Below, piece after piece: positions 1-13,620 of a stretch of DNA of 64,000 nucleotides. Location of the stretch: the NCBI GenBank assembly GCA_964016885.1, contig OZ024740.1:25420001-25484000 (forward strand), read 5' to 3'. The stretch comes from Eledone cirrhosa (Eukaryota). A model generated the notes under the pieces. It was given only the letters and a program-made list of their open reading frames with translations. It searched no databases and was not told where the DNA came from. The position numbers and the translations under genes were made by a program. Each line of letters begins with the position of its first letter. Position 1 is the stretch's first letter.

Positions 1-3000
1 GTATGTGGCTGTGTTGTATGTGGCTGTGTCGCTGTGTTGTTTTTGGCTGTGTTATGTGTGGCTGTGTTATATGTGGCTGTGTTGTATGTGGCTGTGTTAT
101 ATGTGGCTGTGTTGTATGTGGCTGTGTTGTATGTGGCTGTGTTGTATGTGGCTGTGTTGTATGTGGCTGTTTCGCTGTGTTGTATGTGGCTGTGTTATGT
201 GTGCCTGTGTTATATGTGGCTGTGTTGTATGAGGCTGTGTTTTATGTGGCTGTGTTGTATGTGGCTTTGATATGTGTGTCTGTGTTGTATGTGGCTGTGT
301 TATATGTGGCTGTGTTATGTGTGGCTGTGTTATATGTGGCCGTGTTATATGTGGCTGTGTTGTATGTGGCTGTGTTATGTGTGCCTGTGTTATATGTGGC
401 TGTGTTGTATGAGGCTGTGTTTTATGTGGCTGTGTTGTATGTGGCTTTGATATGTGTGTCTGTGTTGTATGTGGCTGTGTTATATGTGACTGTGTTCTAT
501 GTGGCTGTGATGTATGTGGCTGTGTTATATGTGGCTGTGTTATATGTGGCTGTGTTGTATGTGGTTGTGTTGTATGTGGCTGTGTTATATGTGGCTGTGT
601 TATGTGTGACTGTGTTATATGTGGCTGTGTTGTATGTGGCTGTGTTGTATGTGGCTTTGATATGTGTGTCTGTGTTGTATGTGGCTGTGTTATATGTGGC
701 TGTGTTATGTGTGGCTGTGTTATGTGTGGCCGTGTAATATGTGGCTGTGTTGTATGTGGCTGTGTTATGTGTGCATGTGTTATATGTGGCTGTGTTATGT
801 GTGGCTGTGTTATATGTGGCTGTGTTGTATGTGGCTGTGTTATATGTGGCTCTGTTATATGTGGCTCTGTTATATGTGGCTGTGTTGTATGTGGCTGTGT
901 TGTATGTGGCTGTGTTGTATGTGGCTGTGTTGTATGTGGCTGTGTTGTATGTGGCTGTGTTGTATGTGGCTGTGTTATGTGTGGCTGTGTTATGTGTGCC
1001 TGTGTTATATGTGGCTGTGTTATGTGTGGCTGTGTTATATGTGGCTGTGTTGTCTGTGGCTGTGTTATATGTGGCTGTGTTATATGTGGCAGTGTTGTAT
1101 GTGGCTGTGTTATATGTGGCTGTGTTGTATGTGGTTGTGTTGTATGTGGCTGTGTTGTATGTGGTTGTGTTGTATGTGGCTGTGTTATATGTGGCTGTGT
1201 TATGTGTGACTGTGTTATATGTGGCTGTGTTGTATGTGGTTGTGTTGTATGTGGCTGTGTTGTATGTGGCTGTGTTTTATGTGGCTGTGTTATATAAGGC
1301 TGTGTTGTATGTGGCTGTGTTATATGTGGCTGTGTTATATGTAGCTGTGTTATATGTGGCTGTGTTGTATGTGGCTGTGTTGTATGTGGCTGTGTCGCTG
1401 TGTTGTATGTGACTGTGTCGCTGTGTTGTATGTGGCTGTGTTGTATGTGGCTGTGTGGCTGTGTTATATGTGTCGGTGTTTTATGTGGCTGTGTTACGTG
1501 TGCCTGTGTTATATATGGCTGTGTTGTGTGTGGCTGAGTTGTGTTGTATGTGGCTGTGTTGTATGTGGCTGAGTTGTGTTGTATGTGGCGGTGTTGTATG
1601 TGGCTGTGTTGTATGTGGCTGAGTTGTGTTGTATGTGGCGGTGTTGTATGTGGCTGTGTTGTATGTGGCTGTGTTATGTGTGGCTGTGTTATATGTGGCT
1701 GTGTTATATGTGGCTGTGTTGTATGTGGCTGTGTTATATGTGGCTGTGTTGTATGTAGCTGTGTTGTATGTGGCTGTGTTATGTGTGGCTGTGTTGTATG
1801 TGGCTGTGTTGTATGTGGTTGTGTTGTATGTGGCTGTGTTCTATGTGGCTGTGTTATATGTGGCTGTGTTGTATGTGGCTGTGTTATATGTAGCGGTGTT
1901 GTATGTGGCTGTGTTGTATGTGGCTGTGTTGTATGTGGTTGTGTAGTATGTGGCTGTGTTATGTGTGGCTGTGTTATATGTGACTGTGTTATATGTGGCT
2001 GTGTTGTATGTGGCTGTGTTGTATGTGGTTGTGTTGTATGAGGCTGTGTTATGTGTGGCTGTGTTGTATGTGGTTGTGTTGTATGTGGCTGTGTTATATG
2101 TGGCTGTGTTGTATGTGGTTGTGTTGTATGTGGCTGTGTTATATGTGGCTGTGTTGTATATGGTTGTGTTGTATGTGGCTGTGTTATATGTGGCTGTCTT
2201 TTATGTGGCTGTGTTGTATGTGGCTGTGTTGTATGTGGCTGTGTTATATGTGGCTGTGTTATATGTGGTTGTGTTATGGGGCTGTGTTGTATGTGACTGT
2301 GTTGTATGTGGCTGTGTTATATGTGGCTGTGTTGTATATGGTTGTGTTGTATGTGGCTGTGTTATATGTGGCTGTGTTATATGTGGCTGTCTTTTATGTG
2401 GCTGTGTTGTATGTGGCTGTGTTGTATGTGACTGTGTTTTATGTGGCTGTGTTGTATGTGGCTGTGTTATATGTGGCTGTGTTATATGTGGCTGTGTTAT
2501 ATGTGGCTGTGTTATGTGTGGCTGTGTTGTATGTGGCTGTGTTGTATGTGGCTGTATTGTATGTGGCTGTGTTGTATGTGGCTGTGTTGTATGTGGCTGT
2601 GTTATGTGTGGCTGTGTTATGTGGCTGTGTTGTATGTGACTGTGTTTTATGTGGTTGTGTTGTATGTGGCTGTGTTATATGTGGTTGTGTTGTATGTGGC
2701 TGTGTTATGTGTGGCTGTGTTGTATGTGGCTGTGTTGTATGTGGTTGTGTTGTATGTGCCTGCGTTATGTGTGGCTGTGTTATATGTGGCTGTGCTGTAT
2801 GTGGCTGTGTTATATGTGGCTGTGTATATGTGGTTGTGTTATGTGGCTGTGTTGTATGTGACTGTGTTTTATGTGGCTGTGTTGTATGTGGCTGTGTTAT
2901 ATGTGGCTGTGTTATATGTGGCTGTGTTATATGTGGCTGTGTTATGTGTGGCTGTGTTGTATGTGGCTGTGTTGTATGTGGCTGTGTTGTATGTGTCTGT

Positions 3001-6000
3001 GTTGTATGTGGCTGTGTTGTATGTGGCTGTGTTATGTGTGGCTGTGTTATGTGTGCCTGTGTTATATGTGGCTGTGTTATATGTGGCTGTGTTATATGTG
3101 GCTGTGTTGTATGTGGCTGTGTTGTATGTGGCTGTGTTGTATGTGGCTGTGTTATATGTGGCTGTGTTATATGTGGTTGTGTTATGTGGCTGTGTTGTAT
3201 GTGACTGTGTTTTATGTGGCTGTGTTGTATGTGGCTGTGTTATATGTGGCTGTGTTATATGTGGCTGTGTTGTATGTGGCTGTGTTGTATGTGGCTGTGT
3301 TGTATGTGGCTGTGTTATATGTGGCTGTGTTATATGTGGCTGTGTTGTATGTGGCTGTGTTGTATGTGGCTGTGTTGTATGTGGCTGTGTTGTATGTGGC
3401 TGTGTTGTATGTGGCTGTGTTATGTGTGGCTGTGTTCTTTGTGGCTGTGTTATATGTGGCTGTGTTATGTGTGGCTGTGTTATATGTGGCTGTGTTGTAT
3501 GTGGTTGTGTTATATGTGGCTGTGTTGTATGTGGTTGTGTTATATGTGGCTGTGTTGTATGTGGCTGTGTTATGTGTGGCTGTGTTATATGTGGCTGTGT
3601 TGTATGTGGTTGTGTTGTATGTGGCTGGGTTGTATTTGGCTGTGTTGTATCTGGCTGTGTTGTATGTGGCTGTGTTGTATGTGGCTGTGTTGTGTGTGGC
3701 TGTGTTATATGTGGCGGTGTTGTATGTGGCTGTGTTGTATGTGGCTGTGTTGTATGTGGCTGTGTTATATGTGGCTGTGTTATATGTGGCTGTGTTGTAT
3801 GTGGCTGTGTTATGTGTGGCTGTGTTAAATGTGGCTGTGTTGTATGTGGCTGTGTTGTATGTGGCTGTGTTGTATGTGGCTGTGTTATATGTGGCTGTGT
3901 TGTATGTGGCTGTGTTGTATGTGGCTGTGTTGTATGTGGCTGTGTTATATGTGGCTGTGTTGTATGTGGCTGTGTTGTATGTGGCTGTGTTGTATGTGGC
4001 TGTGTTATATGTGGCTGTGTTATATGTGGCTGTGTTGTATGTGGCTGTGTTGTATGTGGCTGTGTTATATGTGGCTGTGTTGTATGTGGCTGTGTTGTAT
4101 GTGGTTGTGTTATATGTGGCTGTGTTGTATGTGGCTGTGTTATGTGTGGCTGTGTTATATGTGGCTGTGTTGTATGTGGCTGTGTTATATGAGGCTGTGT
4201 TGTATGTGGCTGTGTTATATGTGGCTGTGTTATGTGTGCCTGTATTATATGTGGCTGTGTTGTATGTGGCTGTGTTGTATGTGGCTGTGTTGTATGTGAC
4301 TTTGATATGTGTGTCGGTGTTGTTTGTGGCTGTGTTATATGTGGCTGTGTTGTATGTGGCTGTGTTGTATGTGGTTGTGTTATATGTGGCTGTGTTGTAT
4401 GTGGCTCTGTTGTATGTGGCTGTGTTATGTGTGGCTGTGTTATATGTGGCTGTGTTGTATATGGCTGTGTTGTATGTGGCTGTGTTGTATGTGGTTGTGT
4501 TGTATGTGCCTGTGTTATGTGTGGCTGTGTTATATGTGGCTGTGTTGTATGTGGCTGTGTTATATGTGGCTGTGTTATATGTGGTTGTGTTATGTGGCTG
4601 TGTTGTATGTGACTGTGTTTTATGTGGCTGTGTTGTATGGGGCTGTGTTATATGTGGCTGTGTTATATGTGGCTGTGTTATATGTGGCTGTGTTATATGT
4701 GGCTGTGTTATGTGTGGCTGTGTTATGTGTGCCTGTGTTATATGTGGCTGTGTTATATGTGGCTGTGTTATGTGTGGCTGTGTTATATGTGGCTGTGTTG
4801 TATGTGGCTGTGTTGTATGTGGCTGTGTTGTATGTGGCTGTGTTGTATGTGGCTGTGTTATATGTGGTTGTGTTATATGTGCCTGTGTTATATGTGGCTG
4901 TGTTATATGTGGCTGTGTTGTATGTGGCTGTGTTATATGTGGTTGTGTTATATGTGGCTGTGTTGTATGTGGCTGTGTTATATGTGGCTGTGTTATATGT
5001 GGTTGTGTTATATGTGCCTGTGTTATATGTGCCTGTGTTATATGTGGCTGTGTTGTATGTGGCTGTGTTGTATGTGGCTGTGTTGTATGTGGCTGTGTTG
5101 TATGTGGCAGTGTTATGTGTGGCTGTGTTATGTGTCGCTGTGTTATATGTGGTTGTGTTATATGAGGCTGTGTTATATGTGGCTGTGTCATATGTGGCTC
5201 TGTTGTATGTGGCTGCGTTATGTGGTGTGTCTGTGTTGTATGTGGCTTTGTTGTATGTGGCTGTGTTGTACGTGGCTGTGTTATATGTGGCTGTGTTGTG
5301 TGTCTGTGTTGTATGTGGCTGTGTTGTATGTGGCTGTGTTATATGTGGCTGTGTTATATGTGGCTGTGTTGTATGTGGCTGTGTTGTATGTGGCTGTGTT
5401 ATATGTGGCTGTGTTGTATGTGGTTGTGTTATATGTGGCTGTGTTGTATGTGGCTGTGTTATGTGTGGCTGTGTTATATTGGCTATGTTGTATGTGGCTG
5501 TGTTATATGTGGCTGTGTTATATGTGGCTGTGTTATATGTGGCTGTGTTATGTGTGGCTGTGTTGTATGTGGCTGTGTTGTATGGGGCTGTATTGTATGT
5601 GGCTGTGTTGTATGTGGCTGTGTTGTATGTGGCTGTGTTATGTGTGGCTGTGTTATGTGGCTGTGTTGTATGTGACTGTGTTTTATGTGGTTGTGTTGTA
5701 TGTGGCTGTGTTATATGTGGTTGTGTTGTATGTGGCTGTGTTATGTGTGGCTGTGTTGTATGTGGCTGTGTTGTATCTGGCTGTGTTGTATGTGGCTGTG
5801 TTATATGTGGCTGTGTTATATGTGGCTGTGTTATATGTGGCTGTGTTATGTGTGGCTGTGTTGTATGTGGCTGTGTTATGTGTGGCTGTGTTATATGTGG
5901 ATGTGTTGTATGTGGTTGTGTTATATATGGTTGTGTTGTATGTGGCTGTGTTATGTGTGGCTGTGTTATATGAGGCTGTGTTGTATGTGGCTGTGTTATA

Positions 6001-9000
6001 TGTGGCTGTGTTATATGTGGCAGTGTTGTATGTGGCTGTGTTATATGAGGCTGTGTTGTATGTGGTTGTGTTGTATGTGGCTGTGTTGTATGTGGTTGTG
6101 TTGTATGTGGCTGTGTTATATGTGGCTGTGTTATGTGTGACTGTGTTATGTGTGGCTGTGTTGTATGTGGCTGTGTTTTATGTGGCTGTGTTATATAAGG
6201 CTGTGTTGTATGTGGCTGTGTTATATGTGGCTGTGTTACATGTAGCTGTGTTATATGTGGCTGTGTTGTATGTGGCTGTGTTGTATGTGGCTGTGTCGCT
6301 GTGTTGTATGTGGCTGTGTTGTATGTGGCTGTGTGGCTGTGTTATATGTGTCGGTGTTTTATGTGGCTGTGTTACGTGTGCCTGTGTTATATATGGCTGT
6401 GTTGTGTGTGGCTGAGTTGTGTTGTATGTGGCTGTGTTGTATGTGGCGGTGTTGTATGTGGCTGTGTTGTATGTGGCTGTGTTATGTGTGGCTGTGTTAT
6501 ATGTGGCTGTGTTATATGTGGCTGTGTTGTATGTGGCTGTGTTATATGTGGCTGTGTTGTATGTAGCTGTGTTGTATGTGGCTGTGTTATGTGTGGGTGT
6601 GTTGTATGTGGCTGTGTTGTATGTGGTTGTGTTGTATGTGGCTGTGTTCTATGTGGCTGTGTTATATGTGGCTGTGTTGTATGTGGCTGTGTTATATGTG
6701 GCGGTGTTGTATGTGGCTGTGTTGTATGTGGTTGTGTCGTATGTGGCTGTGTTATATGTGGCTGTGTTATGTGTGGCTGTGTTGTATGTGGTTGTGTTGT
6801 ATGTGGCTGTGTTATATGTGGCTGTGTTGTATGTGGTTGTGTTGTATGTGGCTGTGTTATATGTGGCTGTGTTGTATATGGTTGTGTTGTATGTGGCTGT
6901 GTTATATGTGGCTGTGTTATATGTGGCTGTCTTTTATGTGGCTGTGTTGTATGTGGCTGTGTTGTATGTGGCTGTGTTATATGTGGCTGTGTTATATGTG
7001 GTTGTGTTATGGGGCTGTGTTGTATATGACTGTGTTGTATGTGGCTGTGTTGTATGTGACTGTGTTTTATGTGGCTGTGTTGTATGTGGCTGTGTTATAT
7101 GTGGCTGTGTTATATGTGGCTGTGTTATATGTGGCTGTGTTATGTGTGGCTGTGTTGTATGTGGCTGTGTTGTATGTGGCTGTATTGTATGTGGCTGTGT
7201 TGTATGTGGCTGTGTTGTATGTGGCTGTGTTATGTGTGGCTGTGTTATGTGGCTGTGTTGTATGTGACTGTGTTTTATGTGGTTGTTTTGTATGTGGCTG
7301 TGTTATATGTGGTTGTGTTGTATGTGGCTGTGTTATGTGTGGCTGTGTTGTATGTGGCTGTGTTGTATGTGGTTGTGTTGTATGTGCCTGTGTTATGTGT
7401 GGCTGTGTTATATGTGGCTGTGTTGTATGTGGCTGTGTTATATGTGGCTGTGTTATATGTGGTTGTGTTATGTGGCTGTGTTGTATGTGACTGTGTTTTA
7501 TGTGGCTGTGTTGTATGTGGCTGTGTTATATGTGGCTGTGTTATATGTGGCTGTTTATATGTGGCTGTGTTATGTGCGGCTGTGTTGTATGTGGCTGTGT
7601 TGTATGTGGCTGTGTTGTATGTGGCTGTGTTGTATGTGGCTATGTTGTATGTGGCTGTGTTACGTGTGGCTGTGTTATGTGTGCCTGTGTTATATGTGGC
7701 TGTGTTATGTGTGCCTGTGTTATATGTGGCTGTGTTATATGTGGCTGTGTTATATGTGGCTGTGTTATATGTGGCTGTGTTGTATGTGGCTGTGTTGTAT
7801 GTGGCTGTGTTGTATGTGGCTGTGTTATATGTGGCTGTGTTATATGTGGTTGTGTTGTATGTGGCTCTGTTATGTGTGGCTGTGTTATATGTGGCTGTGT
7901 TATGTGTGGCTGTGTTATATGTGGCTGTGTTGTATGTGGTTGTGTTATATGTGGCTGGTTTGTATGTGGCTGTGTTATGTGTGGCTGTGTTATGTGTGCC
8001 TGTGTTATATGTGGCTGTGTTTTGTGTGGCTGTGTTATATGTGGCTGTGTTGTATGTGGCTGTGTTATATGTGGCTGTGTTATATGTGGCTCTGTTATAT
8101 GTGGCTGTGTTGTATGTGGCTGTGTTGTATGTGGCTGTGTTATATGTGGCTCTGTTATATGTGGCTGTGTTGTATGTGGCTGTGTTGTATGTGGCTGTGT
8201 TGTAAGTGGCTGTGTTGTATGTGGCTGTGTTGTATGTGGCTGTGTTGTATGTGGCTGTGTTATGTGTGGCTGTGTTATGTGTGCCTGTGTTATATGTGGC
8301 TGTGTTATGTGTGGCTGTGTTATATGTGGCTGTGTTGTATGTGGTTGTGTTATACGTGGCTGTGTTGTATGTGGCTGTGTTATGTGTGGCTGTGTTATAT
8401 GTGGCTGTGTTGTATGTGGTTGTGTTATATGTGGCTGGGTTGTTTTTGGCTGTGTTGTATCTGGCTGTGTTGTATGTGGCTGTGTTGTATGTGGCTGTGT
8501 TGTGTGTGGCTGTGTTATATGTGGCGGTGTTGTATGTGGCTGTGTTGTATGTGGCTGTGTTGTATGTGGCTGTGTTATATGTGGCTGTGTTATATGTGGC
8601 TGTGTTGTATGTGGCTGTGTTATGTGTGGCTGTGTTATATGTGGCTGTGTTGTATGTGGCTGTGTTGTATGTGGCTGTGTTGTATGTGGCTGTGTTATAT
8701 GTGGCTGTGTTGTATGTGGCTGTGTTGTATGTGGCTGTGTTGTATGTGGCTGTGTTATATGTGGCTGTGTTGTATGTGGCTGTGTTGTATGTGGCTGTGT
8801 TGTATGTGGCTGTGTTATATGTGGCTGTGTTATATGTGGCTGTGTTGTATGTGGCTGTGTTGTATGTGGCTGTGTTATATGTGGCTGTGTTGTATGTGGC
8901 TGTGTTGTATGTGGCTGTGTTGTATGTGGTTGTGTTATATGTGGCTGTGTTGTATGTGGCTGTGTTATGTGTGGCTGTGTTATATGTGGCTGTGTTGTAT

Positions 9001-10990
9001 GTGGCTGTGTTATATGAGGCTGTGTTGTATGTGGCTGTGTTATATGTGGCTGTGTTATGTGTGCCTGTATTATATGTGGCTGTGTTGTATGTGGCTGTGT
9101 TGTATGTGGCTGTGTTGTATGTGACTTTGATATGTGTGTCGGTGTTGTTTGTGGCTGTGTTATATGTGGCTGTGTTGTATGTGGCTGTGTTGTATGTGGT
9201 TGTGTTATATGTGGCTGTGTTATATGTGGCTGTGTTATATGTGGCTGTGTTATGTGTGGCTGTGTTATATGTGGCTGTGTTGTATGTGGCTGTGTTGTAT
9301 GTGGCTGTGTTGTATGTGGCTGTGTTGTATGTGGCTGTGTTATATGTGGTTGTGTTATATGTGCCTGTGTTATATGTGGCTGTGTTATATGTGGCTCTGT
9401 TGTATGTGGCTGTGTTATGTGGTGTGTCTGTGTTGTATGTGGCTTTGTTGTATGTGGCTGTGTTGTACGTGGCTGTGTTATATGTGGCTGTGTTGTGTGT
9501 CTGTGTTGTATGTGGCTGTGTTGTATGTGGCTGTGTTATATGTGGCTGTGTTATATGTGGCTGTGTTGTATGTGGCTATGTTGTATGTGGCTGTTATATA
9601 TGTGGCTGTGTTGTATGTGGCTGTGTTGTATGCGGCTGTGTTGTATGTGGTTGTGTTATATGTGGCTGTGTTGTATGTGGCTGTGTTATGTGTGGCTGTG
9701 TTATATGTGGCTGTGTTGTATGTGGCTGTGTTGTATGTGGCTGTGTTGTATGTGGCTGTGTTATGTGTGGCTGTGTTATATGTGGCTGTGTTATGTGTGG
9801 CTGTGTTATATGTGGCTGTGTTGTATGTGGCTGTGTTATTTGTGGCTGTGTTATATGTGGCTGTGTTGTATGTGGCTGTGTTATATGTGGCTGTGTTGTA
9901 TGTGGCTGTGTTATATGTGGCTGTGTTATGTGTGCCTGTATTATATGTGGCTGTGTTGTATGTGGCTGTGTTGTATGTGGCTGTGTTGTATGTGACTTTG
10001 ATATGTGTGTCGGTGTTGTTTGTGGCTGTGTTATATGTGGCTGTGTTGTATGTGGCTGTGTTGTATGTGGTTGTGTTATATGTGGCTGTGTTGTATGTGG
10101 TTGTGTTATGTGTGGCTGTGTTATATGTGGCTGTGTTATATGTGGCTGTGTTGTATGTGGCTGTGTTATATGTGGCTGTGTTGTATGTGGCTGTGTTATA
10201 TGTGGCTGTGTTATATGTGGTTGTGTTATGTGGCTGTGTTGTATGTGACTGTGTTTTATGTGGCTGTGTTGTATGTGGCTGTGTTATATGTGGCTGTGTT
10301 ATATGTGGCTGTGTTTTATGTGGCTGTGTTATATGTGGCTGTGTTATGTGTGGCTGTGTTATGTGTGCCTGTGTTATATGTGGCTGTGTTATATGTGGCT
10401 GTGTTATGTGTGGCTGTGTTATATGTGGCTGTGTTGTATGTGGCTGTGTTATATGTGGTTGTGTTATATGTGGCTGTGTTGTATGTGGCTGTGTTATATG
10501 TGGCTGTGTTATATGTGGTTGTGTTATATGTGCCTGTGTTATATGTGCCTGTGTTATATGTGGCTGTGTTGTATGTGGCTGTGTTGTATGTGGCTGTGTT
10601 GTATGTGGCTGTGTTGTATGTGGCAGTGTTATGTGTGGCTGTGTTATGTGTCGCTGTGTTATATGTGGCTCTGTCGTATGTGGCTGTGTTATGTGGTGTG
10701 TCTGTGTTGTATGTGGCTTTGTTGTATGTGGCTGTGTTGTACGTGGCTGTGTTATATGTGGCTGTGTTGTGTGTCTGTTTTGTATGTGGCTTTGTTGTAT
10801 GTGGCTGTGTTGTACGTGGCTGTGTTATATGTGGCTGTGTTATGTGTGACGGTGTTATATGTAGCTGTGTTGTATGTGGCAGTGTTGTATGTGGCTGTGT
10901 TATATGTGGCTGTGTTATGTGTGACAGTGTTATATGTAGCTGTGTTGTATGTGGCTGTGTTTAATGTGGCTGTGTTATATGCGCACAGGT
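1..10990. repeat. 15-bp minisatellite, consensus GTGGCTGTGTT(G/A)TAT, about 730 units, open at the window start
   Basis: Continuous 15-nt period; the 5-aa periodic ORFs (YVAVL, MWLCC, CGCVV) are translations of the unit. Confidence 0.98.
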
Positions 10991-11096
10991 TGTGTGTTGT
11001 ATGTAGGAGCCTATCAAAGGAGTATCCGTGAATTAATATGTATGCATTTACGTCTCTTTCCGGGTATCATGCTGTTATATATATATATATATATAT

Positions 11097-11708
11097 TTGC
11101 AACGAAGACCGTAAGGGCCCTGTTGTTTTTTGGGATTCGAAACCGATCGGTAAAGGTAACTATAGTAGGTAAAGTTAATATTTTAAAATTTATTTTGAAA
11201 CTTTTTCATTATTTGCTAAACCTTGTTTATATATGTTCTGGCTCGTTAATTTATTAACCCACCATTGAAACACATTGGCATTTGGTTGGACAATACATGT
11301 GTCTCTTGGCGCCTGTGCGTGAAGAAATGCATATCCTATTATTATTAAACTCCTCTCTTGTTGAGTGCAAACTTGGTCGTCCTGACTGCTGCTAGTGATA
11401 GCCGCTGCTAGTTTGACCTACGTCCTTCTGCCTCTATCTTTACTTCGGCGCTTGAAAAAATTGATTCCACCTCATTTCACCCTCATCTCCGGAACAGTTT
11501 TGAATAGCGCTAGTTCGTAATTTAAATTCAAGAATTTTATATTCTTCGAATGAAAAGAACCTTCTGACGAGAATCTCTCTTTGCAACGAAGGCCGTAAGG
11601 CCCCCGTTTACTTTTGCGATTCGAAACCGATCTGTAAAGGTAACTATAGTAGGTAAAGTTAATTTTTTAAAATTTATTTTGAAACTTTCTCATTATTTGC
11701 TAAACCTT

Positions 11709-11715
<7 letters not shown>
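11097..11715 (+). mobile_element. Retrozyme-like / non-autonomous Penelope-like element: 484-nt unit plus ~135-nt direct terminal repeat, flanked by (TA)n
   Basis: 11097-11230 recurs at 11581-11714 (offset 484 at both ends); the repeat carries the HHR 3' half; no recognisable protein ORF. Confidence 0.75.
11559..11641 (+). ncRNA. Type I hammerhead ribozyme
   Basis: ACCTT-CTGACGA-GAATC...(AACG-GGCC-GTAA-GGCC-CGTT)...GATTC-GAAA-CCGATCTG-TA-AAGGT; stem I ACCTT/AAGGT; the upstream partial copy has the palindromic stem III ACCGATCGGT. Confidence 0.88.
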
Positions 11716-11761
<46 letters not shown>

Positions 11762-11814
11762 CATACATATATATATACATATACTTATATATACATATAT
11801 ATACATATATTTAA

Positions 11815-11855
<41 letters not shown>

Positions 11856-12030
11856 TGTGTGTGTGTGTCTATACACACATACGTATATGTATACAGCTGC
11901 AACTAGCTTTTGAAACAGGACAAACTGAACCCGTGGGCCCCGTCTCTATATAATATAATCACACTGTACTACACCAAGTTTCGAGTACTCTGTTGAGTCA
12001 TGATTTAACAAGTTTCAAACTGAAACAATC

Positions 12031-12090
<60 letters not shown>

Positions 12091-12094
12091 AATA

Positions 12095-12215
12095 TAAATT
12101 TAGCGAGAATCGCATTTCGGCGGGTAGAAATTAGCGAAACGCAACTTCCGTATTGTGTAGACAAGCGCTCTATGAATATGAAGATACCAGAGCTATAAAC
12201 ATAAGTTCAAAGTGT
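12095..12215 (+). mobile_element. Short TA-flanked fragment carrying an HHR 3' half
   Basis: GAAA-CGCAA-CTTCCGTA-TTGTG-TA near 12135-12159; no CTGANGA upstream. Confidence 0.4.
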
Positions 12216-12240
12216 AATATATATATATATATAAATATAT

Positions 12241-12295
<55 letters not shown>

Positions 12296-12345
12296 GTGTA
12301 GTTTTGTGTGTATTTTCAACGTATGTATATATTCCTGCCTATGTA

Positions 12346-12399
<54 letters not shown>

Positions 12400-12401
<2 letters not shown>

Positions 12402-13395
12402 CTATAAAGAATGTCCATAGAGTTATTTGATAATATATATACACCATTTCCTCTCTCAATCAGCATAATCTACCACACAAAAAAACAATTAAACCAGGCT
12501 ATAAGATTAAAAGGCACCTATGAAGAAATAATAGATAAATAAACGACAGCCATCTATTTGCGATCAACAGCTATAGAATATTTACCTACCATTTCAATAG
12601 CACGTGGAAATCGATTAAATATATCGTTAACCATACACAATTTGGTATAAAATTAAAGTTAGAAGAAAAAATGTATATAAACCTACCAGGATTACGTTTC
12701 TATCCCCTTGAGTTTCATTCGCTTTTGGAAATATCCAATCAAGGATAAATTCTCGAGCTTCGAAATCATCAGGAAACAAACTCACTTGGACGAAGATTTT
12801 TCTTAAATGATCCCCGCCAGAAACGAATTCAAAATGACTAAGAACTGTGACGTGGCAGTGGTCAACTCAGAAAGAATGTGATTGGTGCCTTACGGGTAGT
12901 GGGCTGGTTGTTAGAAAGCGCAGCCTAATATTGCCTAAATTGCATCTCAACCTTATGGGAGATTATCAAATATAAAGATTTACATATACACGAACTAGAC
13001 AAAGTCATAGATATATATCTATATATATTTTTGGCAACCATTCACGATGTGGCTCAAGGATGAATGAATTAATAAAATAATCAGAGCAATATACTACAAA
13101 GAATGTCCATAGAATCATTTGATAAGATATATACACCATTTCCTCTCCCAGTCAGCATAATCAACCACACAAAAAAACAATTAAACCAGGCTATAAGATT
13201 AAAAGGCACCTATGAAAAAATAATAGATAAATAAACGACAGCCATCTATTCGCGATCAACAGCTATAGAATATTTACCTACCATTTCAATAGCACGTGGA
13301 AATCGATTAAATATATCGTTAACCATACACAATTTGGTATAAAATTAAAGTTAGAAGAAAAAATGTATATAAACCTACCAGGATTACGTTTCTAC

Positions 13396-13399
<4 letters not shown>
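12400..13399 (-). mobile_element. Retrozyme-like element: 692-nt unit plus ~300-nt direct repeat, flanked by (TA)n
   Basis: 12400-12707 recurs at 13092-13398 (offset 692); HHR on the minus strand; no ORF in the track over this interval. Confidence 0.75.
12696..12777 (-). ncRNA. Type I hammerhead ribozyme, 1-nt insertion near the cleavage site in this copy
   Basis: Minus strand GTTTC-CTGATGA-TTTCG...CGAAT-GAAA-CTCAAGGGG(A)-TA-GAAAC; the second copy at about 13388-13398 reads GGGG-TA-GAAAC, a canonical GUA site. Confidence 0.7.
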
Positions 13400-13476
<77 letters not shown>

Positions 13477-13569
13477 ATTATATATAAGTTATTCCGGGTT
13501 CAATCGGAGGTAACAACAGTAAGTAAGGTTCTCAATACATAGCAGAGTAAACATTTTTTAATATAGAAG

Positions 13570-13620
13570 AGCTTCTACAGGACTAGAACTGTTTCATTCG
13601 TGAGAAATCATCAGGAAGCT
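13570..13620 (-). ncRNA. Type I hammerhead ribozyme
   Basis: Minus strand AGCTTC-CTGATGA-TTTCTCACGAAT-GAAA-CAG-TTCTAGTC-CTG-TA-GAAGCT. Confidence 0.88.

Noticed and set aside
1-11031. Long Cys/Val-rich and TQPHI/YNTAT ORFs up to 764 aa
   Set aside because: The 15-bp unit lacks stops in most frames, and the ORFs slip between registers at indels; there is no unique coding sequence.
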